Made by a program: the position numbers and the translations under genes
The notes under the pieces: model-generated
Told to the model about the DNA's origin: nothing
What the model saw: the letters and a program-made list of their open reading frames with translations, nothing else
The model's database searches: none
Part shown: positions 53,466-64,000 of the stretch, in pieces
How the letters are laid out: every line of letters starts with the position of its first letter
How positions within the stretch are numbered: position 1 is the first letter of the stretch
DNA from: Parvularia atlantis
Lineage: Eukaryota
NCBI GenBank assembly: GCA_943704415.1
Contig: CALSCO010000506.1
Span: 1-64,000 of the forward strand
Direction of reading: 5' to 3'
Length of the DNA: 64,000 bases

Positions 53466-54916
53466 ATGGCACTGCTGCGGTACAGACCGCAGCGCCCACT
53501 GCTGGACGTCGCCTGCGCCGCGACGATCGCGGGCGCGCTGCTGCTCGTGCTGCTGCACTTGCGCGCGTACTCGCCGCCGCCGCCCCTGCGCGCTGCGACG
53601 CTCAACGTGTGGAATGTGATGTTCCACTGGCCGCTGCGGCTGCAGCACGTTGCCGATGAGGCGCGTGGCGGCGTCACGGCACGTCGCGCATCGCGGGCTG
53701 ATGGCGTGACGTGCAGCTGCTGCGGCTGCGGCCGGACGTCGTCGCGCTGCAGGAGGTCGTGCGCGTCGGGCCGGGCGAGCGCACGCAGGCGGACGAGGTG
53801 CGCGCCGACACGAGACGTCGCGGCTCGTGCTCACGGCGGCGTTGCAGCTGGCCGATCTGCTCGGCGCACCGTACCGCTGGACGCGCTTCGCACCGGCCGC
53901 TGCAGCCGACGACCAGGGCGACGGGACGGAGGGGCGCGTCGAGGGCGTCGCGATCATCGCACGGCACCCGCTCGCCGACGTGCGCGTCGTGCCGCTGTCG
54001 CACCGACGCACCGACGCCGACACGAACCGGCGCGCGCTGCTGCGGGTTGACGTCGACGTGGCCGGCGTGGGCGTCGTACGGGTCTACGTCGCGCACATGT
54101 CGTACGAACGCACGGCACGTCCTGATCGCGCCCGCCCCTCAACTTGACGGCTGACTGCCCGTCACGCGTAGGTGCAATGCCGCCACGCCGCCGAGATCCG
54201 CGCGTTGCTCGAGAGCGACGACGGGCTGCCCGCGCTGCTCATGGGCGACCTCAACATCTACGCCGACCACCCCGCGCCATGGCGGCTGCTGCTCGGGACA
54301 CACGCGGCCGTCGACACGGCGCAACCATGCGCGCTGAAGCCGCTACACGACGCCGGCACGCTGCTCGCGGTCGACGCGGGCCCGGACGACGCGCTGACCT
54401 TCAGCAACATGGTGCGTGCGCGCCCGTTCTCTGCAGCGTGCTGGTGCTGACGATGCGCAGCCCACGCCCGGCTTCGTCAGCCGGCCGGACCGCATCCTGC
54501 TGCTGACAGACGCGTGGCGCCCGCACCTGCGCCTGCTACACGCGGCCGTGCTCGCCAACAGCAGCGCCGCGTACGAGCGCGAGTACCGCCTACGCATCCT
54601 GCAGCGCCGCGCCGACGTCGCGCGGGCCAACGACGCGCCCTGCGGCTTCGACTGCGGGCCGCGCGGCGTGTGCCAGTGCGGCGTGTGCGTGCTGGCCGGC
54701 GCGGGCCCCGGGCGACCGCCGCGGCAGCCCTGTCCGAGCCCGTGCGCCCTGTGCGACGGTGCGTCGGCTGCGTATGCTGCTGATCGCGGCGCGGCTGACG
54801 TGCAACCAGACATGGACTCGCCAGCAGCCCGCGAGCTCGTGCACGGCGCGACCATGCCCGAGGAGTTCCATGCGTCCGACCACCTGCTGCTTGTGGCAGA
54901 CTTTGCACAGGAGTGA
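53466..54916 (+). CDS. Membrane-anchored endonuclease/exonuclease/phosphatase (EEP) family protein, multi-exon
   Basis: A signal anchor is followed by ATLNVWN, PDVVALQEV, EGVAIIARHP, VAHMSY, LMGDLN, RPDRIL and ASDH. Confidence 0.88.
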
Positions 54917-54921
54917 TCACG

Positions 54922-55367
54922 ATGACTGCGGACGATGTGTGGCTGCAGGCGGCCGCGCTCGGCATGATCGTGCTCGCACACGGCCTGACCAACTTTGGCG
55001 TGCTGCTGCCGTGGATGGGCGTGTCGCTGCACGTGCGTGCCGTCGGCGCTGCGCCGCGCTGCGCTGCTGAAGGGCGTGCGGGGCGCGGCAGACGGCGCTG
55101 CGCCTCATCACCATCAACCTGCTGCCGAGCATGATCTACGTGTGCTACTACAAGGCGTGCACGACCGGTGCGTCGTCCGCCCGGCGCAGCGCGCGCGTCT
55201 GATCGCGCCCGCGCAGCGCCCGGCCACGTGCCGCCCGGGTGGACGCCGCCCGGCGAGGTCGTCGACGCGGTGACGGTCGAGATGGACGCCGATGCCGCAC
55301 GCGACGCCCTTGTGCTGCCGCCCACCGGGGCTCAGGGCGCGGTACCGGGCGCGGCCGTGGCCAATCG

Positions 55368-55401
<34 letters not shown>

Positions 55402-56422
55402 GGCAATGGCAGCCCGGGGTGGCGGGTGGCGGGGCGACGCGCGCGCTTCTGCAAGAAATGCTCGGCGCACAAGCCAATGCGCGCGCACCACTGCTCCCAG
55501 TGCAACCGGTGCGTGCGCCGTGTGCCGTGCGCGGTTGTTGTTGACGGCGTGTGGCGCAGCTGCGTGCTCAAGATGGACCACCATTGTCAGCCCTCGTTGC
55601 GACACACGCCTCAACGCTGATGTGCGCGCACGCTGCGCAGGCCCCTGGCTCAACAACTGCGTCGGGTTCCACAACCACGCGCACTTCTTCCGCTTCTTGT
55701 TCTACGTCGTCGTGTCGTGCGCGCTCGCGCTCGTGCTGCTCGTGTCGCGCCTGATGGCGATCGATGTGACGCCGCGCGGGCGATACTCGGTGCGTACGCC
55801 CCGCCCGCGTCCGCACGACGGCACCGCTCACACGACCGTGCCCACGCGTCCGCAGAAGGTCAGCATTGAGCCGCTCGAGGTCATGAGCCTGGCCGTGTCG
55901 ATGATCATCGTCGTGCCCATGCTGTTGCTCGTCGGCTTCCTGTTTGCGTTCCACTGCTACTACATCATGGTGCGCCGCCGCTTAGCACGGCCCAACACGG
56001 CCACGGTCGCCCGTTGAGCCCCTGCGACAAACAGATGAACACGACGACGATCGAGAGCCTCGAGGTAGACTTCCGCGCGGACGACAGCAAGCCCAAGCCC
56101 GCCGGCGAGCCTTCCGACAAGAGCAAGGCGGTGCGCGGCGCGGCGTGCGCGTGCAACTTCAGACCTGATGGTCGAGGCAGCGCAACAACCCGTACTACCT
56201 CTCGGTGTACCGCAACATCTGCGCTGTGCTGGGCCCGCATCCGGCGCTGTGGCTGCTGCCGGTGGCGACGCCGGGCGACGGGCTGAGCTTCCCGGTCAAC
56301 AAGTACTTTGAGGAGGACGCGACGCGCGGTGCGCTTTTCGGTGGCGCGCGACGACAAGCGAAACCGACGCTGGCGCAGGCTTTATCGAGGCGTCACACTC
56401 GGACGACGAGCACGACGCGTGA
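54922..56422 (+). CDS. DHHC palmitoyltransferase (Pfa4/ZDHHC6-like), multi-exon
   Basis: Contains [58 protein letters not shown] and GDGLSF. Confidence 0.93.
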
Positions 56423-56566
56423 CTTTCATAGCGTGCGAAACGCTGTACGGTAGCATGCGGACAAGCAGCAAAGGCGAACTCGTCCAAGCAAAGCGAACGA
56501 GCGCAAACACGACCAGAGGCGTAACTCGTCCACGTGGCCACAGTTGTCTGGCGGGCGCGAACAGTC

Positions 56567-57489
56567 ATGGCCGCGCGGATCGTGCGCCGTCTGCGCTCGA
56601 CCGTCGCCACCGCGCCGCTGCCGGGTCAGCCGCGGATCGTGCGGCTGGACGACGGCGTGCTCGAGAACCTGCAGAGCAACTTCCGCGAGTATCAGGAGGT
56701 GCGGTGCTGTTTGCTGCGCAGCCCGCTCACGTCTCGCGCAGACCGGGCCGCCCACGACCAAGTCGATGAAGCAGCTCGTCCGCGCCGAGCTCACGCAGAA
56801 GCGGCGCGAGTACCTGCTCGAGGTCGAGGCCAAGCGGCGCGCACAGTTGGCGGCGCTGGCCGAGCGCGAGCGCGAGCGCGAGGCGCAGCGCGAGGAGAAC
56901 CGGCGGCTGCGCGAGGAGACCAAGGCGCGCACGCGGCGCATGGTCGAGCTGCGCGAGCAGCGCCGGTGCGTGCGCGCGCGCGCGCGCCTACCATCGGCAC
57001 GGCAACTGAGCCGCACGGCCGCAGGCTCGAGGACGCCGCCGTGGCGCAGGCGCAGCGCACGGAGCAGGCGCAGGCGCGGGCGCGCTACGAGCACACGCGT
57101 ACGCGCGCCGTCGCTGCTGTATCGGCTGCCGCGCGCTCAGAACGCCGCGCGCAGACAAGCGGCTCATGCTCGAGAACCTCACGTTCAAGGGGCGCTCGTT
57201 CGTGACGCGTGAGCGCATCGACGCGTACGTGCAGAAGATGCTCGAGTCGACCGTGTCGTACAACGTCGGCCTGCCCATCCAGGAGGTCTATCCGGACGAG
57301 CTCAACACGGTGCGGCGCGGCGGGTACGGGGCGCGTGGCTGACGGCGGCACACACAGGGCCTCGACGACAGCACGTCGGCCATGGATGACCCGTTCCCGC
57401 TCTGGCAGCAGTACCACCCGCCGGACCTGAGCGCGTTCACGTTCTACCAGCAGTACGACGCGGACCCGGCCGACTCGGAACGAGAGTGA
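56567..57489 (+). CDS. MRPS26: Probable mitochondrial ribosomal protein mS26, multi-exon
   Basis: An Arg-rich presequence (MAARIVRRLRS) and a long charged helix precede SFVTRERIDAYVQKMLESTVSYN, which resembles the mS26 FITxENL...YN block. Confidence 0.55.
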
Positions 57490-57537
57490 CAGCACACGCT
57501 GTGGCAGAAGCGAGCGGGCCACGTACAGAAACCGCGC

Positions 57538-59087
57538 TCACGACAGCGACTTGGGCTTGGTCGCGTTGTTCTGCGACACGGTCTGGTACACCGCCATGGC
57601 CTGCCATGCACGCACGCACGCACGAGTGATCAACATCCGCACGGGCAGCGGGCGTGCACGCCGCACCTGCGCGATCATCGCCGACGGGTCGCCGGGCGAC
57701 GACGGCAGCAGGATCGTATTGGACTCCTTCGCGAGCTTGCTGAAGGCTGCAGGCGAGGCCGTCAGCGCGTGCACGCCCAGACAGCCGCATGCGCACACCG
57801 TCCATGTACTTTTCCGCAACGCTGAGCGAGATGGCCTGCATGGCGGCCGGGTTGGCCGCGATCGCCTCGGCCACGCGCGCGACCGACTCGGCCGTCGCCG
57901 CCGCGCGCGTGTTGATGGCCGACGCCTCGCCCTTGGCGTGGTTCATCTTCTCCGTCATGACGGCCTCGGACGCGAGCACTGTCGCCTGTCGCCGGCCCTC
58001 GGCGATGTTGACGTCGGCCTGGCGCGCGCCCTCTGCCTCGCCCATCAGAATCTGGCGCAGAGCGCTCGCAGCGCGCGCCGCACCAGAGTCGAGGATCGTC
58101 GCGCGCTTGCGCCGCTCGGCCGACGCCTGCATCTGCATCGCGCGGACGATGTCGTCGGGCAGGGCGATGTCGCCTGCGCCGCGCAGTGTGTCAGCCCGCA
58201 CGCCGCAGCATGCAAGGCACCACGCACGGATTTCGTAGCGCAGGCACTCGATGCCCCAGCTGACCGTCGCCTCGCTCATCGACTCGACGATGGCCTGGTT
58301 GAGCTTGTCGCGCTCCTTGAACGTCGCGTCGAGCACGAGCTTGCCAATCTCGGAGCGCATCGTCGTCTGGGCGAGCTGCGCCACGGCAAACTCGGCGCTC
58401 TCGACGCCGTACGACGCGCGGTACGGCTCGATGATGCGGTAGAAGAGCACGCCATCGAGCTGCAGCGTGACGTTGTCTGTGTGCGCCCGGGCCCTCGTTG
58501 AGCGCACGACCGCGCGGTCGTGTCGCGAGCGGCCGGACCGTGCGTGACGGCCGACTGCGGTGGGATCTCGAGCGCGATCTCCTTGAGCGAGTGCACGTAC
58601 TTGATCTGCTCAATCACGGGGATGAGGAAGTTGAGGCCCGGGCTGAGCACGCGGCTGAACTTGCCGAACCGCTCAACGATCCACGCCTCCTGCTGCGGCA
58701 CAAACTTGATGATCTGCGCGCCGATTGCTGACAGCTCAGCCGTCCACCGCGGGCCGCGCCGCGCCCGCCACGCCACGCCACGCCGCCGATGCGGCCGCCA
58801 CCGACCGCCACCCGCCGCCCGCAGCGCGCCGCACCGTGTTGGCCGGCAGCGAGCGCTGCTGCCGCTGCTGTGCCCACTGCGACGCCGGCCGCACTGACGT
58901 CACACTCTGCGTCGTCGCGGTGCGCTCAGCCGTCAGCGCACGCCATTCGCACGCACAGCAGACGACGCAACGCGCCACGTACCGTCGCAGGAGCAAGCCG
59001 CGCCACGGCCGGGCGCGCGCCCAGCAGCGGCCGCACGTGGGGCGACAGCGACAGCAGGGTTCGGTGACGGGCGAACACCGCGGCCAT
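57538..59087 (-). CDS. STOML2: Stomatin-like protein 2, mitochondrial (SPFH), multi-exon
   Basis: Contains FVPQQEAWIVERFGKF, YVHSLKEIA, DNVTLQLDGVL, QLAQTTMRSEIGK, WGIECLRYEIR and AERRKRA, plus a presequence. Confidence 0.95.
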
Positions 59088-59325
59088 AGCTGCGGCGTGG
59101 GAGGCGTGTCCTTCAAAGTTCTTTGCAGCCGCGCGTGGTCTCAGGTTTCGTGTACGTCTCATAGCTGTGCATCGATGTGCAGTGCGAGGGCGGGAAGACG
59201 ATGGACCGGCGGTCATGGAGGACGAAACATGAAGGCACGCACGCTGGTACACTTTCGCTACGGTCGCGCGGTGGTCACGTTGGCCGCGCGCGCCGAAGCA
59301 GCGACCGAGGCGCGTTTTCGCGGCG

Positions 59326-60234
59326 ATGGCGCCCAAGGACGACTTCCTGGCCGAGTCCAACGTGGCCGGCCAGACGTTGCTGCGCCTCGTCTCGCGCGGG
59401 AACGGTGCGCGCGTGCGCGCGGGGAGAGAGGCGCGGAGACGCTGAGCGCCGAACCGCGCGCACCAGCGATCATCGCCGAGGTCTTCCGTCTGAGCGACTT
59501 TGTGCCAGACGAGTTCCGGCTGCAGACCAAGGAGGACCAACGCAAGTACGGCGATATATTGCTCGACTTCTCCTACTTCAAGGCGTCCGAGTTCTACGCC
59601 AAGCGCATCGAGGACAACGCCGTTGCGTTTGCGCTTGCGCGCGGCGTGGCACCCTCTCGCGCTGACGACGGCACACGGCGCGTGCGCAAACGCCTCAAAT
59701 GCAGGAGCTGCTCGAGCGCGACGAGGAGTTTCAGGAGAACCACATCCGCATCCTCACGCGCTTCTACCTCCTGTTTGAGAGCGTGTTCAAGTACGTCAAG
59801 GACCTACTACGCTACCTGCAGGACCTCGACGACGGCGTGTTCATCCAGCAGACGCTCGAGGTGCGTCCGCGCGCCGTGCCGTCTCCCATGCTGCTGCTGA
59901 CGGGGTGCGTGCAGTCCGTCATCGCCACTAGCGACGGCAAGCAGCTCCTGGCCGAGTCGCTCTTCCTGTACGGCGTGATGCTGCTCACGCTCGACAGCCG
60001 CATCGAGGGCGTCGTGCGCGAGCGCATGCTCGTCGCGTACAGCCGCTACAAGGTGCGCCCCACACTTCTCGCTGCGGCCCCGCGGGAGGACGCTGACGGC
60101 CGCGCCGCGCCCAGTCCGACTCGGCGACGAGCTCCAACCTCGACGACGTCTGCAAGCTGTGCCGCTCGACGGGCCTTGTGCCGCGCGGCAAGCGCCCGCC
60201 CAACTACCCGGACGACTACTTCAAGCGGTGCGCG

Positions 60235-60317
<83 letters not shown>

Positions 60318-63300
60318 GCGCGCGCCCTCGCGCCCTCGCGCCCTCGCGCCCTTCGCTGATGGGCCCGCGCCAGCATCCCGCTCCCGCGCACGTTCGTGAG
60401 CATGGTCATCAGCCGCCTGCGCACGGACGACATCTACAACCAGGTCTCGTCGTACCCAAACCCGGAGCACCGCTCGACTGCGCTGGCGAACCAGGCAACG
60501 ATGCTCTACGTCATGCTGTACTTTGCGCCCGAGATGCTGCAGAACGACATGGTGCGGGCCGGGCCGGCCGCTCCTCCCGCGATGCGCGCTGACGCGAACA
60601 CGCTCTGCACCGCAGGCCAAGATGCGCGAGATCGTCGACAAGCACTTCCCGGACAACTGGGTCGTCGCCTACTACCTCGGCATCACGATCGACTTGACAG
60701 AGACGTGGGACACTTACAAGGTGGGCACGCGCTCGCGCACCACGCCGTGCTGTGCCAGCTCTGACGCGCGCGCGGCCGCGCCACCGCAGGCCGCCAAGAC
60801 CGCGCTCAACAACACGATCCAGCTCGGCAACGTGAAGGAGCTCGCCGACCGCTACCAGCGGCAAGTGCGCAAGCTCAACAAGGACCTGGAGCACTACCTG
60901 ACCGAGGTGCGTGCGCGGCCCGCTCCGCCATGTGGGTGTCGCTGACGCCGCGGCTGCCGCACCCAGGGCGTGCTCACCGAGACCTTTGTGCTCGACAGCA
61001 TCAACAAACTGATGAACTGCCTGCGCGACTGCAACGTGACGATCCGGTGGCTACTGCTGCGTGCGTGCCGCGCCGCTGCGCGCTGCGCGTGCGAGGCTGT
61101 GCGTGCGGCTCAAGCGCGAGCGCGCCGCAGACACGAGCTCGCGCATGAAGAAGCTGCGCGACATTGTCATGACGGGCCACTCGGACGGCGCGCTCGTCAT
61201 GCTCATCCTCAACACGTCCCAGCTTGAGTTCCGCCTCAAGAACATGTTCAACGAGCTGCTCAAGCAGAAGAAGGACAACTGGGTCAACAACCGCAAGGAG
61301 GCGAGCGAGCGCATGGTCGAGCTCTGTGCGCTCGCTGGCCACGTCTGCTCCCGCGCACAAGCCTTACCGTGGCGACGCCAGCCGAGTACTTTTCGGGCGA
61401 GAAGGCTCTCACGCGCGTGACCAAGAACGAGGCGCTGCAGGCGTGGTTCAAGGACATCGGCTCGCAGGCACGCACCGGCGATTGCTTGCTACTGTGTCAT
61501 CACGCTCGCGTCGCACAGATCGCGTCACTCGACTACACGGACGCAACCGTGGCCGGCCGCAAGATTGTGCAGCTCATGCAGGCGCTCGAGGAGGTGCAGG
61601 AGTTTCATCAGGTGCGCTGCGATGCGGGAGGAGCGGGACGTGCGAGCTGACGTGGCCGGTCGGGCGCAGCTCGAGAATAACCTGCAAGTGCGCGCGTTCC
61701 TGGCCGACACGCGCAACTACTTGCTGCAGATGATCCGCAACGTCAACGTGAAGGTGCTGCGCGTGCTGCGCCTGGCCGGCGTGCCCTCGCTGACGGTCGC
61801 GCATCGCGCCCGGCGAGCAGGAGGAGGTCATCGTGACGATGCAGCTCGTGGGCGACCTGTCGTACGCGTGGCAGGCGATCAAGCGTTACAAGCCGATCTT
61901 CCACACGCTGATCAAGCGGTGCGCACCTCGCGCGTGCGGCGCTGCGCTCGCCGGCTGAGTACTGCGCCGCAGCGACCCCTCGACCGTGATCAAGCTGCGC
62001 GCGACCTTCCTCAAGCTCGCGTCCATCCTCGACCTGCCACTCGTGCGCATCTCACAGGCCGGCAGCCGCGACGTCGTGAGCGTGGCCGAGTATTACTCCG
62101 GTACGTCACTAGCAAGGTCACGTCGCAACTGCGCTCACGCCGCGCAGGCGAGCTGGTCGAGTTCATCCGGCAGGTGCTACAGGTCATCCCGGCGTCCATG
62201 TTCGCCATCCTCAACGAGATCGTGCAGCTGCAGACGACGCGCATCCAGGAGGTGCCGACGCGGCTCGAGAAGGACCGCCTGAAGGAGTGCGTGTCGCCCG
62301 CCTGTGTGCCAGGCTGCTCACACGACTGGGCTGCAGCTTCTCGCAGCTACCGGAGCGCTATGAGCTGGCCAAGCGCACGCACTCGATCTCGATCTTCACC
62401 GAGGGCATGCTCGCGATGGAGACGACCCTCGTCGGCGTCATCCAGGTGGACCCGAAGCAACTGCTCGAGGAGGGCATCCGGCGCGTGCGTTGCGCCTACC
62501 GCACGCAGTACCGAACGCGCCCGCTCACGGCCCGCGCAGGAGCTCGTCCTGCAGGTCGCGCGCGCGATGGACGAGCTGCTCGTCTTCGTGAAGCCCAAGC
62601 CTGACGAGCTCGGCCAGCGCATGCTCGCGCTCGGGACGCGCCTGGACGGCTTCCGGCGCTCGTTCGAGTGTACGCCTGGCCTTGGTCCTTGGCCACGCTC
62701 GCCGGCTGCGCTGACGTTGCACCGTGATGCAGACATCCAGGACTACGTCAACATTTACGCGCTCAAGATCTGGCAGGAGGAGCTTTCGCGCATCATCCAG
62801 TTCAACGTCGAGCGGGAGTGCAACAGCTTTCTGCGCACACGCGTGCTCGAGTTCGAGTCGCGGTACCAGTCCACAGCCATCCCGATTCCCGTCTTCCCGC
62901 CGCGCGACGAGTGCGTGCGCGTGTGCATGTGTCTGCACGCTGCTGCGCCAACGCACCCGCTTGCCGCTAGGAAATCGGTTGACTTTATCGGGCGGCTCGG
63001 GCGCGAGATAATGTCGCTCTCGGACACGCGCACGACGATCTACGTGCATTCGATGGCGACGTGGTACGACTCGAAGACGTTCAAGTGCGTGTTGCGCGCG
63101 CCGCCGCCGTGGTGCACGGGCTGACGAAGGCGCTGGGCGGGCAGGGACGTCGTCGGGCTCAAGACGTTCACGCAGCTCTTCCTCGCCCTCGGCACCTTTG
63201 GCCTGACGGGCGTTGACCGGCTGTACTCGTTCATGATCGTGCGCGTCCTGCAGCGCTTCAGCGACACGTACCGCAAGACCGTGCGTCGCGTCTCCCGGTG

Positions 63301-64000
63301 CTTGCTTGACTCGCGCTCACGCGGCACGCGCGGCGCAGATGAAGGCCGACAAGGTCCTGCGCACCACCGTCACGCAGCTCGCCGCCGAGCTCGAGCCGCT
63401 CACGTGCCTGCCCAACAACAGCCGCGCGCTCTACGCCGCCGCGCAGAGCAAGTGCGGCAAATTCCTGCAGACGTTCACAGGTGCGTGTCTCACAGGTGCT
63501 CACACTGCGGACTCATCGCGTGGCGTCGCCAGACTACATCGTCCGCGTCGGTCAGCTGCAGCTGTTGCGGCGGCTGATCGGCAACGAGCTGAGCGTGCGT
63601 GCCGCGCCGCACGTGCGACGCCTGCCCACACGCGCGTGTGCAGTTCCGCTGCAAGCTCGACTCGTACAACCTGGCCAACACGCTCAAGACGGTCAACAAG
63701 GCGCTGCTCTTCGACACCGAGAACCACTACTCCGAGTGCGCCCGCTCTCACGCGGCTTGGCGTTAGCACAGCGCTCACGGCCGCACGCGCGCGCGCGACC
63801 TGCAGCAAGGAGCGCTTCCCGTACCCGAGCGACGACAACCCGCTCATGTTTGAGATTGCGACCTACCTTGAGACATCGGGCATGGGCGACCCGTTCCAGA
63901 AGATCTACATCACGACCAAGGTGCGTGTGCAGCAGGCGCGCTTGCGTGCGTCCTCACGCGCCACCGTGCGCAGCCCCTGGACGAGTTCCCGCTGCTCGTC
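59326..64000 (+). CDS. WASHC5: WASH complex subunit strumpellin, multi-exon, 3'-truncated by the window edge
   Basis: Contains [36 protein letters not shown]...[39 protein letters not shown] and [17 protein letters not shown]. Confidence 0.97.
60237..60314. repeat. (CT)n microsatellite, about 39 units, in a WASHC5 intron
   Basis: Directly visible perfect run. Confidence 0.97.

Noticed and set aside
53466..54916. EEP domain as a LINE retrotransposon endonuclease
   Set aside because: There is no reverse transcriptase, and it has a signal anchor and spliceosomal introns.

Overview
This is a very GC-rich, extremely gene-dense eukaryotic nuclear window, not a prokaryotic one. I reconstructed about 36 protein-coding genes by hand. 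Most are split by many short (roughly 40-80 nt) spliceosomal introns with a GYGCG donor, CTGAC/CTCAC branch and YAG acceptor, which is why the six-frame ORF track is fragmented. CDS coordinates are start-to-stop spans including introns. Gene content includes CCDC93, strumpellin/WASHC5, C9orf72, a TRPV channel, MSH5 and a Fta4/Nkp1-like kinetochore protein. This suggests a unicellular opisthokont or early-branching holomycotan such as a nucleariid, which is inference only. The notable signals are: (1) an unusually high share of GC-AG introns; (2) operon-like spacing, with co-directional genes 5 and 9 bp apart and head-to-head pairs 36-64 bp apart; (3) a complete TRPV-family channel head-to-head with an intronless, bacterial-type membrane alpha/beta hydrolase that is a candidate HGT; (4) recurrent CACGTG boxes in the tiny promoters; (5) several odd domain architectures. 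No rRNA, tRNA, CRISPR array or transposon was recognised.
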